Below are positions 1-9,208 of a stretch of 64,000 nucleotides of DNA, piece after piece (the stretch's first letter is position 1; each line of letters opens with the position of its first letter). Below the pieces are notes generated by a model. It had not been told where the DNA came from. It saw only the letters and a list, made by a program, of their open reading frames with translations, and did not search any database. Source of the DNA: an uncultured Phascolarctobacterium sp. (GTDB lineage: Bacteria > Bacillota > Negativicutes > Acidaminococcales > Acidaminococcaceae); contig CASDXO010000001.1 of assembly GCA_949285135.1 (NCBI GenBank), positions 70,698-134,697 on the forward strand, written 5' to 3'. The position numbers and the translations under genes were made by a program.

Positions 1-416
1 TCATCGTCAGCGATAATACCTATATTCTGGACGGTAAGGACGGCGATGCCAAAAAGCTGAAAAAACTGAAGGTTGGCAAAGACGTTACGGTGTATTATTC
101 GCCGCTGATGACTCGCAGCAATCCGCCGCAAAGTCAGGCTTTGGCTGTAGTTATGGGCAGGAACGTACCCAAAACCGGTAAATTTTTCCAAGTAGCGGAA
201 GTGCTGCCTGCCAAAAGCGCCAATGCTGTAAGACTGCTGAACAGTAACCATGATGTGATTGCTACCGTGAGCAAGGATGTTTGCAAAGAATACCGCAGTA
301 TTAAAAAAGGCGACAGCCTGATGCTCTGGTACAGCGTAATGACCATGAGCCTGCCGGGTCAGACCAATGTGGAAAAGGCGGTTATCCTGCCTGCCCTGGC
401 AGAGGAAGCAAAATAA
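1..416 (+). CDS. hypothetical protein, C-terminal part (5' end lies outside the window)
   Basis: Frame 3 is open from position 3 to the stop at 414-416, so the track ORF 90..416 is only the internal part. It contains two internally similar segments (VYYSPLMTRSNPPQSQALAVVM and LWYSVMTMSLPGQTNVEKAVIL). I could not assign a family with confidence. Confidence 0.55.
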   Translation, partial: IVSDNTYILDGKDGDAKKLKKLKVGKDVTVYYSPLMTRSNPPQSQALAVVMGRNVPKTGKFFQVAEVLPAKSANAVRLLNSNHDVIATVSKDVCKEYRSIKKGDSLMLWYSVMTMSLPGQTNVEKAVILPALAEEAK

Positions 417-451
417 GTATTTTAAGTAGTAAAAGAGAGGTTGTTTATTAG

Positions 452-1096
452 ATGAAGATTTTTATGGACACTGCTAATGTGGATGAAATAGCAAGATTTG
501 TTGATTGGGGCGTTGTATATGGTGTTACGACCAATCCGAGCCTGATTGCCAAAAGCGGCCGCAGTCAGGCTGAAGTAATTCCTGAGATTGCTGCCATGGT
601 GGCTGGCCCTGTCAGTGCCGAGGTTATCAGCACTGATTGTGCCGGTATGGTGGAAGAAGCACGCAAACTGGCAAAGATTGCTGCCAATGTGGTAATTAAA
701 GTTCCCTGCATTCCCGAAGGTCTGAAAGCAGTGAAAATACTGAGTGCTGAAGGTATCAGGACTAATGTTACTCTGGTATTCAGCATGAGTCAGGCTCTTT
801 TGGCTGCCAGTGCCGGTGCGACCTACGTCAGCCCGTTTATCGGCCGTCTGGATGATATCGGCGAAGATGGGGTGCAGCTGGTAAAAAATATTGTGCAGGC
901 ATTTAAAAATTACGGTATTACTACCGAAGTAATTGCTGCCAGCATCCGCAACCTGACTCATGTAGAGCAGGTTATGCTGGCCGGCGCGCATATTGCTACA
1001 ATTCCCACCAAGGTTTTGGAGCAGATGATCCAGCATCCTCTGACTGATAAAGGATTAGCACAATTTTTACAGGATTATGCCAACAGCCAAAAATAA
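452..1096 (+). CDS. tal: transaldolase / fructose-6-phosphate aldolase (short type 3B family)
   Basis: 214 aa. [25 protein letters not shown] (Schiff-base lysine context) and [10 protein letters not shown] are hallmarks of the short transaldolase/FSA family. GAGAGG lies 11 nt upstream. Confidence 0.9.
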   Translation: MKIFMDTANVDEIARFVDWGVVYGVTTNPSLIAKSGRSQAEVIPEIAAMVAGPVSAEVISTDCAGMVEEARKLAKIAANVVIKVPCIPEGLKAVKILSAEGIRTNVTLVFSMSQALLAASAGATYVSPFIGRLDDIGEDGVQLVKNIVQAFKNYGITTEVIAASIRNLTHVEQVMLAGAHIATIPTKVLEQMIQHPLTDKGLAQFLQDYANSQK

Positions 1097-1104
1097 AGTA
1101 TGAT

Positions 1105-1142
1105 AAAAAAGTCTGTCGCCAGTAATGGCGGCAGACTTTTTG
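1105..1142 (+). terminator. intrinsic terminator after tal
   Basis: Hairpin GTCTGTCGCC-AGTAAT-GGCGGCAGAC followed by TTTTT. Confidence 0.75.
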
Positions 1143-1221
1143 CTGTGCAGTCGGGATGACAAACAACGGTAAAATAAGTATAATATATTACTGCAAAAGC
1201 GATCTTTACGGAGGTACAACT

Positions 1222-2286
1222 GTGAAACTGAAACAATATTTGGCGGCAGCGCTTACAGCCGGTTTGCTGCTGACTGCCGGCGGTGCAGAGGCCGCTGAGC
1301 ATCTGGTCAGCGGGCAGGGACTGCCGGAAAACTGCCGGGAGTTGAAGGCAACAGTAGCAAAAAGCGGTCCGCTGCTGCTGTTTTCTGACAGTCCGGAAAT
1401 GGTCTATCAGAAAGGCGTGCTGTACAGAGACGTTGTGCAGGGTGATGTAAGGATTTTCTTTCATCATGTGAATGCTATGGACAGCAACAAAAAAATCGCT
1501 GTAATGCTGAAAAATAATCAGGGCCTGCGTCCCAGTGAATATACAATAAAAAAGAAAGGGCTTGGCGCACCTTCCTGGAATTATATGTATGCAGGCAAGA
1601 CTTCTCAGCAGGAATATTTTGCCGGACAGCAGCAGCCGGAAAGCGGTACACTTGGCTTCAGCCGCAGCAAGGAGCTGCTGACAGGCACGGGGATGCTGCT
1701 GGCACCGGGCAAGCTGTTGGTAGGAACTGTCGATCTGCACCTTTCCAGACCGGTGGAGATCAGCGTCATTATGTGCGATTTGAAAAATGATCTGGAGCTT
1801 TTTAACAGCGATGCACCTGTACTGCCCATGGACGAACATCCTCTGCGGGGCAGTTTTCAGGAAGCGGACTGGCAGTACAATATTAAAGAGCCGATTGCTG
1901 TAAGCAAGGAGCAGCCTGCCATGCTGGAACTTGCTGCCAGCTGCCAGGGGTTTGCCAAAGGTACGGATGCGACTACCAGCCTTCCTGCCGAAAATTACGG
2001 AAATTACGGCGTTATGTACGATGTCAACTTTGAAATCGGCGGCACGGAAAAAGTAAAACTGGTGCTTAATCCGTTGGGAGGGTTGTTTGCCGGTTACGGT
2101 ATGCTGGAGCATAACGGCAGCAGGCAGCTGCTGGCATTACCGGGCAACAGCCTGTCCATCGGTGACAGCTATGACGATATGCTGGAAGTTGCTACGCTGG
2201 AGCCGGGAAAGTATAAATTTATCTGGTCGCCGCCGGGGGCTTCCAACCTGCCTGTACGTCTGTACTGGCAGTCAGCGGCGCTTTAA
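1222..2286 (+). CDS. secreted protein of unknown function
   Basis: GTG at 1222 sits 7 nt after GGAGG (1210-1214). The N-terminus VKLKQYLAAALTAGLLLTAGGAEA looks like a signal peptide. The track ORF start at 1156 has no SD. I recognised no domain. Confidence 0.75.
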   Translation: MKLKQYLAAALTAGLLLTAGGAEAAEHLVSGQGLPENCRELKATVAKSGPLLLFSDSPEMVYQKGVLYRDVVQGDVRIFFHHVNAMDSNKKIAVMLKNNQGLRPSEYTIKKKGLGAPSWNYMYAGKTSQQEYFAGQQQPESGTLGFSRSKELLTGTGMLLAPGKLLVGTVDLHLSRPVEISVIMCDLKNDLELFNSDAPVLPMDEHPLRGSFQEADWQYNIKEPIAVSKEQPAMLELAASCQGFAKGTDATTSLPAENYGNYGVMYDVNFEIGGTEKVKLVLNPLGGLFAGYGMLEHNGSRQLLALPGNSLSIGDSYDDMLEVATLEPGKYKFIWSPPGASNLPVRLYWQSAAL

Positions 2287-2967
2287 TTTACGCAGGGATG
2301 CTTTATCAGCAGGGCTGACTCTGTAGCTTTCACATATTTTTTGGATGGCTTTGTTGTGAGTAAAGGCATCAAGACAGTTGTTTTGCAGCAGCGGCAGCGT
2401 TTTGTCCGGTTGACGGATATAGAAAATTGATACGGCCCAGGCTGCTGCCATGCGCACATAGTAATCCTGTGAAGGCAAATGAGTAAGCAGCGTCAGAGCT
2501 TTTTCTGCGTGAGCGTCATCAGTAAAATACGTCAGCAGCATAACGGCAGCAAAACGCTGATGATATGCTGCTTTATTCTGGCAGGCTGATAGAACAAGCT
2601 GCCAGTAGGCATCAGGATATTTTTTTGCTTCTTTAAGAGAAGCACAGAAAATATCACAGACTGCCCAGTTGGAGATTTTGGGCAGAAAGCGGCAGATATA
2701 GTCCAGTCGCTGCTGCAGAGACATTTTGGCTGTGGCGATAAGCAGTCCCTGTATGACGGTTTCCTCATAATACATATCTGCCGCAGGCAGTGCTGCTTCA
2801 AGGTATTCCTGCCAGCTGCAGCTTATTAGGTCAGTGGCAGTCTTACGCAGCAGAGGGACACGCACGCCGATAATGTTTTCGACTCCGGGCAGCAGGCTGC
2901 CGTGGAATTTTTGGTATTTAATATCCTGCAGACCAAGCAGCTGCCGGCGCAGTTCATCAGGCTTCAT
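2272..2967 (-). CDS. DNA alkylation repair enzyme (AlkC/AlkD-like HEAT-repeat protein)
   Basis: 231 aa. MKPDELRRQL..KYQKFHGSLLPG..IGVRVPLLRK and the helical repeat pattern match the DNA alkylation repair family. AAGGTGG lies 8 nt upstream of ATG 2967; the track start 2979 is a GTG inside the SD. Confidence 0.8.
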   Translation of the reverse strand: MKPDELRRQLLGLQDIKYQKFHGSLLPGVENIIGVRVPLLRKTATDLISCSWQEYLEAALPAADMYYEETVIQGLLIATAKMSLQQRLDYICRFLPKISNWAVCDIFCASLKEAKKYPDAYWQLVLSACQNKAAYHQRFAAVMLLTYFTDDAHAEKALTLLTHLPSQDYYVRMAAAWAVSIFYIRQPDKTLPLLQNNCLDAFTHNKAIQKICESYRVSPADKASLRKLKRR

Positions 2968-3054
2968 ATCAGGTACCACCTTTACTGAAAATAAATGCTA
3001 CCATTATAATATATCAGAATGAAACTACGGGAAAGAGAGAAAAGCTAATATTTT

Positions 3055-3900
3055 ATGGAAAAGAAAAGTTTAGTAATTGGCTGCCATCTGTCATCAGCCA
3101 GAGGCTTTCTGGCGATGGGAGAAACTGCGCTGTCCATTGGGGCTAACACCTTCCAGTTCTTTACACGCAATCCTCGCGGCGGCAAGGCTAAAAGCGCCGA
3201 CCCGCAGGATGCAGCGGCGCTGATGAAGCTGGCAGAGGACAACGCGTTCGGACCGCTGCTGGCACATGCTCCCTATACCATGAATCCCTGTGCTGCCGAA
3301 ACGCGCCTGCTGGAATTTGCCGAGATGGTCATGCGTGAAGATTTGCAGCTGCTGGAGTTGCTGCCGGGAAATCTGTATAATTTTCATCCGGGCAGTCATG
3401 TCAGGCAGGGTGCAGAAGCAGGTATCGAAAAAATTGCTGCCATGCTGAACAAAGTGCTGTTTGCTGAGCAGCGTACCACAGTGCTGCTGGAGACCATGGC
3501 GGGCAAAGGCAGTGAAGTAGGCCGTACCTTTGAAGAACTGGCTGCCATTTTATCCAAGGTGCAGCTGCAGGAAAAAATGGGTGTCTGCCTTGATACCTGT
3601 CATATTTTTGATGGCGGTTACGATATTGTCAATCATTTGGATGCTGTGCTGACAGAATTTGATAAAATCATCGGTCTTGACAGGCTGAAAGCAGTGCATC
3701 TGAACGACAGCCTTAACATGCTGGGCAGTCATAAAGACCGTCATGCCCGAATAGGTGAAGGCAATATCGGTCTGGAGGCACTGACAGCTGTCATCAATCA
3801 TCCGGCGCTGAAAAATTTACCCTTTTATCTGGAAACGCCTAACGAACTGCCGGGCTATGCAGCAGAAATAAGTCTGCTGCGAGCGCGTTACCAAGCCTGA
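3055..3900 (+). CDS. nfo: endonuclease IV (AP endonuclease family 2)
   Basis: 281 aa with [50 protein letters not shown], the metal-ligand motif set of Nfo. Confidence 0.9.
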   Translation: MEKKSLVIGCHLSSARGFLAMGETALSIGANTFQFFTRNPRGGKAKSADPQDAAALMKLAEDNAFGPLLAHAPYTMNPCAAETRLLEFAEMVMREDLQLLELLPGNLYNFHPGSHVRQGAEAGIEKIAAMLNKVLFAEQRTTVLLETMAGKGSEVGRTFEELAAILSKVQLQEKMGVCLDTCHIFDGGYDIVNHLDAVLTEFDKIIGLDRLKAVHLNDSLNMLGSHKDRHARIGEGNIGLEALTAVINHPALKNLPFYLETPNELPGYAAEISLLRARYQA

Positions 3901-3940
3901 TGATTTGAGAGCAGAAAATTAAATATTATTATAAATGAAG

Positions 3941-3977
3941 AAAACCCTTCCGCAGCATTTGCTGCGGAAGGGTTTTT
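3941..3977. terminator. bidirectional intrinsic terminator between nfo and the DUF1858 gene
   Basis: A 12-bp stem CCCTTCCGCAGC-ATTT-GCTGCGGAAGGG is flanked by AAAA on the left and TTTTT on the right. Confidence 0.8.
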
Positions 3978-3987
3978 GCTTCTTTAC

Positions 3988-4188
3988 TTATTTGTTTTCG
4001 CCGATAACTTTGTTGATGTCGGCAATCAGAGCGTCAACGTCGATGCCGTGCGCACCTGCACCCTGACCAATGGTTTCATAATGAGCTGCCATGCAACCAA
4101 CGCAGCCCAGACCATAAGCCGCAAAAACTTCCAGAATTTCGGGATGGCTTTGAACTGCTTCAATAATACCTGTGTCTTTGGTAATCAT
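3988..4188 (-). CDS. DUF1858 / hybrid-cluster-associated redox disulfide domain protein
   Basis: 66 aa. HPEILEVF..YGLGCVGC..AHYETIGQGA..HGIDVDALI fits the small DUF1858 family with its CxxC. Confidence 0.75.
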   Translation of the reverse strand: MITKDTGIIEAVQSHPEILEVFAAYGLGCVGCMAAHYETIGQGAGAHGIDVDALIADINKVIGENK

Positions 4189-4362
4189 AAACTGTGAACT
4201 CCTTTATATAAATTGATGTGTAAATAAACTTTACGCATTTTATTATAACATTATTGACTTTAAATGCCAAACGGGCATTGCAACAAATTTGTTAAAAATA
4301 TTGCAGAAAGAAAAATATTAGTATGCCGCTGAAAAAACATGGCTTAATCAAGGACGAAAGTA

Positions 4363-4391
4363 TTGTTTTTTATACAAAATATCTGTATAAT
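4363..4391 (+). promoter_or_regulatory. sigma-70-type promoter of the dcw cluster (Pmra)
   Basis: TTGTTT (4363-4368), a 17-nt spacer, then TATAAT (4386-4391). Confidence 0.6.
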
Positions 4392-4425
4392 GGAGAAAAG
4401 TGGAGTAAAGTGGTGAAAGAAGGTG
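4391..4425 (+). promoter_or_regulatory. putative MraZ operator: phased direct repeats
   Basis: TGGAGAAAAG / TGGAGTAAAG / TGGTGAAAGA (plus a degenerate AGGTGCAGCA) repeat with an exact 10-bp period between the -10 and the mraZ start. This resembles the TGGGN-N5 (E. coli) and AAAGTGG (Mollicutes) MraZ boxes. Confidence 0.6.
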
Positions 4426-4430
4426 CAGCA

Positions 4431-4862
4431 ATGTTATTAGGCGAATATGAACATGCCCTGGACCCGAAGGGTCGTATTGCTGTGCCCGCTAAACTGCGAG
4501 AAGCACTGGGCGGTAAATTCATCATTACCAAGGGACTGGACGGCTGTCTGTTTGTGTACGACCTGCAGCAGTGGCAGCTTTTGGAAAGCAAGCTTGCTTC
4601 ACTGCCCATGAGTCGCAAGACCGCGCGTGATTTTACCCGTTTCCTTTTTGGCGGGGCGTGTGAGTGCGAATGCGACAAACAGGGCAGAGTACTGATTCCG
4701 GCCAATCTGCGCCGCCATGCGTCACTGGATAAGAACGCTGTGATTGTAGGCGTGGGCAGCAGGGCGGAAATCTGGGATGCTCAGAGATGGACTGAATATA
4801 ATGAAGAAAATTCAGAAGACGTTAATGAGCTTGCCGAACAGCTGGCTGATCTGGGAATTTAA
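4431..4862 (+). CDS. mraZ: division/cell wall cluster transcriptional regulator MraZ
   Basis: 143 aa. MLLGEYEHALDPKGRIAVPAKLR and the second SpoVT-AbrB repeat DKQGRVLIPANLR. ATG 4431 follows GAAGGTG. The track start 4323 is an upstream extension. Confidence 0.95.
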   Translation: MLLGEYEHALDPKGRIAVPAKLREALGGKFIITKGLDGCLFVYDLQQWQLLESKLASLPMSRKTARDFTRFLFGGACECECDKQGRVLIPANLRRHASLDKNAVIVGVGSRAEIWDAQRWTEYNEENSEDVNELAEQLADLGI

Positions 4863-4881
4863 GTGATGAAAGGTTGCCGCT

Positions 4882-5814
4882 ATGGAATTTAAACATGTAA
4901 GTATTCTTTTACAGGAAAGCGTTGATTTCCTGATTACGGATAAAAACGGCATATATGTGGACTGCACAATGGGCGGAGCTGGTCACAGCAGAGGTTTTGC
5001 CTCTCAGCTGGAAAGCGGGGGACTGCTTATCGGTATCGACCAGGACAGCGACGCCATTAAGGCGGCCAGTGAAAGACTGCTGGATAAATTCGCCTGTCGT
5101 ACTGCCGTAGCACAGGCAAATTTCAAGGATTTTGCCTCCGTGCTGGACAGGATGGGGATCAGCAGTATCGACGGCATTTTTTTCGACCTGGGAGTTTCCA
5201 GCTATCAGCTTGATACGCCGGAACGTGGTTTTTCCTATATGCACGACGGCCCGCTGGATATGCGGATGAATAAGGAAGCAGAGCTTGATGCGGCCTATGT
5301 GGTGAACCATTACAAAGAAGCAGAGCTGGCGGATATTATTCACAAATACGGCGAAGAACGCTGGAGTAAACGTATAGCCCAGTTCATCGTCAAATATCGT
5401 CAGCAGCAGCCCATAACAACCACCTACCAGCTGGTTGATATTATCAAAAGAGCTGTGCCGAAAGGCGCCCGTCAGGATGGGCCTCATCCGGCCAAAAGAA
5501 CCTTTCAGGCGATTCGCATCGAGGTAAATAATGAGCTGGGAATATTGGAAAATACCATGCGTACAGCAGTGGAAAGGCTCAGAAGCGGCGGCCGTATCGG
5601 TGTGATAACATTCCATTCACTGGAAGACAGAATCGTTAAACAGGTTTTTGCCGAGCTGGCAAAAGGATGTACCTGTCCCCCGCAGCTGCCGGTATGTGTC
5701 TGCGGCAAGAAACCATTGTTGAAAAAGACCGGAAGCATTGTGCCTTCCAAAGATGAAGTTGAAGAAAATCCAAGGTCACGCAGTGCGCGGCTGAGATATG
5801 CGATAAAAATTTAA
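4882..5814 (+). CDS. rsmH: 16S rRNA (cytosine1402-N4)-methyltransferase
   Basis: 310 aa with [50 protein letters not shown]. Confidence 0.95.
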   Translation: MEFKHVSILLQESVDFLITDKNGIYVDCTMGGAGHSRGFASQLESGGLLIGIDQDSDAIKAASERLLDKFACRTAVAQANFKDFASVLDRMGISSIDGIFFDLGVSSYQLDTPERGFSYMHDGPLDMRMNKEAELDAAYVVNHYKEAELADIIHKYGEERWSKRIAQFIVKYRQQQPITTTYQLVDIIKRAVPKGARQDGPHPAKRTFQAIRIEVNNELGILENTMRTAVERLRSGGRIGVITFHSLEDRIVKQVFAELAKGCTCPPQLPVCVCGKKPLLKKTGSIVPSKDEVEENPRSRSARLRYAIKI

Positions 5815-5820
5815 GGGTGC

Positions 5821-6237
5821 GTGAAAGCTGTGTTAGCAAGAAATTATGATAATTATGCCTGGGAAGAGCAGTACCAGCTGCCGAAGGCTGATGAGGAAGT
5901 AAAGGTAAAGAGAGCTCCTGTAAGGGAAACGAACAGAAATTTGCTGGCGCAGATTTCTGTGATTGCGTTCGTTATTATAGCAACCTATCTGTGTGCCGTG
6001 GTCAGAAGCGGTACGGTGATGAGTGCCGGCAATGAGCTGGTAAGCCTCAAGGAACAGGAGATGCAGCTGATTAACAAAAACAACGAGCTGCGTATCGAAG
6101 TAGAGCAGCTGAAAGGGCCTGAACGCATTATCAGTATTGCTGAAAGCCAGCTGGGGATGAGCGTTGCACGCAGCAATATTTATGTGCAGGCGGGTCATGT
6201 GAAAAATAATAAAGTTTATGCATTAGCGGGTAATTAA
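5821..6237 (+). CDS. ftsL: cell division protein FtsL (septum formation initiator family)
   Basis: 138 aa, GTG start. One TM segment (LLAQISVIAFVIIATYLCAVV) followed by a coiled-coil (LKEQEMQLINKNNELRIEVEQL). It sits in the conserved position after rsmH. Confidence 0.8.
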   Translation: MKAVLARNYDNYAWEEQYQLPKADEEVKVKRAPVRETNRNLLAQISVIAFVIIATYLCAVVRSGTVMSAGNELVSLKEQEMQLINKNNELRIEVEQLKGPERIISIAESQLGMSVARSNIYVQAGHVKNNKVYALAGN

Positions 6238-6286
6238 ACGTAGCCTTTTGATAAACTTTATGATATAATTTCTGTAAGATTTTTAA

Positions 6287-6316
6287 GAGGCAGCCTTTAG
6301 GGCTGCCCTTTCAATT
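6287..6316 (+). terminator. terminator-like hairpin inside the dcw cluster (ftsL/murE gap)
   Basis: GGCAGCC-TTTA-GGCTGCC followed by CTTTCAATTTT. Confidence 0.5.
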
Positions 6317-6331
6317 TTGGAGGACAATCTG

Positions 6332-7819
6332 ATGGAAAAGCAACTATCCTTACTTATTGATAAATTGCCTGCTGTCGAGGTTTTTGGTGATGCCGGGAAG
6401 GTCATTAGCGATGTTACTGCCGACTCCCGCATGGTAGTACCCGGCAGTATGTTTATCTGCCTGCGCGGTGCGACGGTGGACGGCCACAGGTTTTTGCAGA
6501 TGGCAGCTGAAAAAGGCGCTGTTGCTGCGCTGGTTGAGGAGCTGCCGGAAAATATTCCGGACGGTATGACGCTGCTTAAAGTTGCCGATACCCGCAGGGC
6601 CATGGAAGAAGTTGTTCCTTTCTTCTTCGATTACCCCGGTAAAAAGATGCGCATGATTGGCGTTACCGGTACTAACGGCAAGACTACCACTACCAATATT
6701 ATCAGACTTATCCTGCGCCGTGCCGGCTATAAGGTGGGGCTTATCGGTACCATCAACATTATGATTGAAGACCAGGTGACTGAAGCGCATAATACCACCC
6801 CTGATGTGGTTGACTTGCAGAAAGCGCTGTATGCCATGCAGTGCGCCGGCTGTGATTACGTTGTTATGGAGGTTTCGTCTCATGCACTGGCTCTTGGCCG
6901 TGTCGCAGGCTGCGAATACGACTGTGCGGTGCTGACCAATATAACTCAGGATCACCTTGATTTTCATAAGACACTGGAAAATTATCGCGATGCCAAGAGC
7001 CTGCTGTTTGAAAGCCTGAGTGCAGGCAGCAAGCCCAATAAGAATGCAGTTTTCAATATGGATGATCCCAGCTCTGCCATTATCAAAGACAGAACCAGAG
7101 TGCCTGTAATGACTTACGGACATGGCAGTGAGAACGATATTTATCCGCTGAGCTGCGTTATCGAAGCCAAGCATATGCAGCTGAAACTTCATACTCCGGC
7201 AGGCGAGCTGGATCTGGAGCTGAAGATTACCGGTGAATTTAATGCCTATAATGTTATGGCTGCCGTTGCTGCCATGCTGGTAGAAAAAATCGACAGCAGC
7301 ATTATTTGCGATGTACTGAACGGTTTTGACGGTGTGCCGGGACGTTTCCAGCTGGTAGAGGCCGGTCAGCCCTATACCGTTATTGTGGATTACGCTCATA
7401 CTCCCGACGGCTTGGAAAACGTACTGAAAACTGCCCGCTGCATTACCCGTGGCAGACTGTGGACTGTGTTCGGCTGCGGCGGTGACCGTGACAACAAAAA
7501 GCGTCCGATTATGGGCGGTATTGCGCTGGAACTGGCCGACAATGTGGTGGTTACGTCTGACAATCCCCGTACTGAAAATCCGGAAAGCATTATCGATGAA
7601 ATCTTTACAGCACTTACCGATGTGCCGGCCGGTAAAGAAGTTGTCCGTCTCAGTGACCGACGCGAAGCCATTGAATATGCCCTGAGCCATGCGGCAGCTG
7701 ATGATGTAATTATGATTGCCGGCAAAGGGCATGAAACTTATCAGATTTTAAAAGACCGTACCATCCATTTTGATGACCGGGAAGTGGTTATGCAGTATTG
7801 GAGTGAACATAAAAAATGA
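6332..7819 (+). CDS. murE: UDP-N-acetylmuramoyl-L-alanyl-D-glutamate--2,6-diaminopimelate ligase
   Basis: 495 aa. GVTGTNGKTTT P-loop and DNPR motif (meso-DAP type). ATG 6332 lies 8 nt after GGAGG (6319-6323). Confidence 0.95.
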   Translation: MEKQLSLLIDKLPAVEVFGDAGKVISDVTADSRMVVPGSMFICLRGATVDGHRFLQMAAEKGAVAALVEELPENIPDGMTLLKVADTRRAMEEVVPFFFDYPGKKMRMIGVTGTNGKTTTTNIIRLILRRAGYKVGLIGTINIMIEDQVTEAHNTTPDVVDLQKALYAMQCAGCDYVVMEVSSHALALGRVAGCEYDCAVLTNITQDHLDFHKTLENYRDAKSLLFESLSAGSKPNKNAVFNMDDPSSAIIKDRTRVPVMTYGHGSENDIYPLSCVIEAKHMQLKLHTPAGELDLELKITGEFNAYNVMAAVAAMLVEKIDSSIICDVLNGFDGVPGRFQLVEAGQPYTVIVDYAHTPDGLENVLKTARCITRGRLWTVFGCGGDRDNKKRPIMGGIALELADNVVVTSDNPRTENPESIIDEIFTALTDVPAGKEVVRLSDRREAIEYALSHAAADDVIMIAGKGHETYQILKDRTIHFDDREVVMQYWSEHKK

Positions 7820-9189
7820 TGAATGCAGAGCAGATTGCAGCAGCTGTCCAGGCGGATGGCTATACAGGTAAAAATATCGCCTTTACCGGCATAACGACTG
7901 ATTCACGCAGCGTGCGGCCGGGAGAACTGTTTGTTGCTTTAAGCGGCGGTAATTTTGACGGACATGATTACTGTGGGAAAGCGATTGAAGCCGGTGCTGC
8001 CGGCATCGTAATTTCCAAAGCTGTAGCGGATGTGCCGGAAGAAGTAGCTGTTTTTAAGGTAGCAGATACTTTGCTGGCCTTTCAGCAGATTGCCCGTGCT
8101 TATCGCAGAAGCTTTTCTGATTTGAAGGTATTTGCGGTTACCGGTTCCAATGGCAAGACTTCTACCAAAGATTTGCTGGCTGCTTGTTTGGGTGCGAAAT
8201 ATAAGGTAGTTAAGACTCAGGGAAATTTCAACAATGAAATAGGTCTGCCCATGACCCTTTTGAGCATTACCCCCGGTACTGATATGGCCGTGGTGGAAAT
8301 GGGAATGCGCGGTTTGGGACAGATAGCCGAACTGTGCGATATTGCCGAGCCTGACAGCGGCCTTATCACCAACGTAGGCGAAACCCATATGGAACTTTTG
8401 GGCAGCATGGAAAATATTGCCACAGCTAAAAGCGAGATAGTTGTCGATCTGCCCGTTGAAGGCTTTGCTGTTTTAAACGGTGACAATGCCTATGTGAGGA
8501 CGGCGGCAGATAAGACTGCGGCTAAAGTAGTATATTTCGGTTTAGGCGAGGACTGCGATTATCGCGGCAGTGAAATCAGAACTTCTGCGCTGGGAACATC
8601 TTTTATCTGCACGGAAAAGAGCAGCGGCAGGAGCGTAGCTGTAAAACTGCAGCTGATTGGCGAGCACAACGTATATAATGCGCTGGCTGCTATTGCCGGA
8701 GCTGCCTGCTATGGTGTAGCTATGGAAGACAGTGCCAGAGCACTGGCAACGGCACGCCTGACCGGCAGTCGTCAGGAAATTATCTATATAGGAGATATTA
8801 CCTTTATTAATGATGCCTATAACGCCAGTCCTGCTTCCATGGAAGCGGCGCTGAAAACGCTGGCCGAGGCCAAGAAGGCGGCAGGGGGCAGCAGCCGTAC
8901 TGTAGCTGTACTGGCTGATATGCTGGAACTGGGCGCTATTTCAGAAGCAAGTCATCGCAGAGTGGGGCGCTGGGCTGTAGAAACCGGTACCGACCTGGTG
9001 TTGACATATGGACCGGAAGCCGCCTACATCAGCGACGAGGTGCGCAGGCTGGGCGGCAACACTGTGCACTGCGCCGACAGGAAAGAAGCTGCCGACGTAC
9101 TGCGCGCCACTGCTGCGGCAGGTGATATCATCCTGCTGAAAGGCTCTCGTTCCATGCAGGCAGATAAAATGCTTGAACTGTTTAAATAA
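7816..9189 (+). CDS. murF: UDP-N-acetylmuramoyl-tripeptide--D-alanyl-D-alanine ligase
   Basis: 457 aa. VTGSNGKTSTKD, NNEIGLP, and an ATGA overlap with murE. Confidence 0.95.
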   Translation: MMNAEQIAAAVQADGYTGKNIAFTGITTDSRSVRPGELFVALSGGNFDGHDYCGKAIEAGAAGIVISKAVADVPEEVAVFKVADTLLAFQQIARAYRRSFSDLKVFAVTGSNGKTSTKDLLAACLGAKYKVVKTQGNFNNEIGLPMTLLSITPGTDMAVVEMGMRGLGQIAELCDIAEPDSGLITNVGETHMELLGSMENIATAKSEIVVDLPVEGFAVLNGDNAYVRTAADKTAAKVVYFGLGEDCDYRGSEIRTSALGTSFICTEKSSGRSVAVKLQLIGEHNVYNALAAIAGAACYGVAMEDSARALATARLTGSRQEIIYIGDITFINDAYNASPASMEAALKTLAEAKKAAGGSSRTVAVLADMLELGAISEASHRRVGRWAVETGTDLVLTYGPEAAYISDEVRRLGGNTVHCADRKEAADVLRATAAAGDIILLKGSRSMQADKMLELFK

Positions 9190-9208
9190 AATTTCGGAGA
9201 GGTAAATA

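Noticed and set aside
4282-4293. Perfect 12-bp palindrome AACAAATTTGTT in the divergent spacer upstream of mraZ.
   Set aside because: It is short and AT-rich, occurs once, and matches no operator I know. It could well be chance, so I did not call it as a feature.
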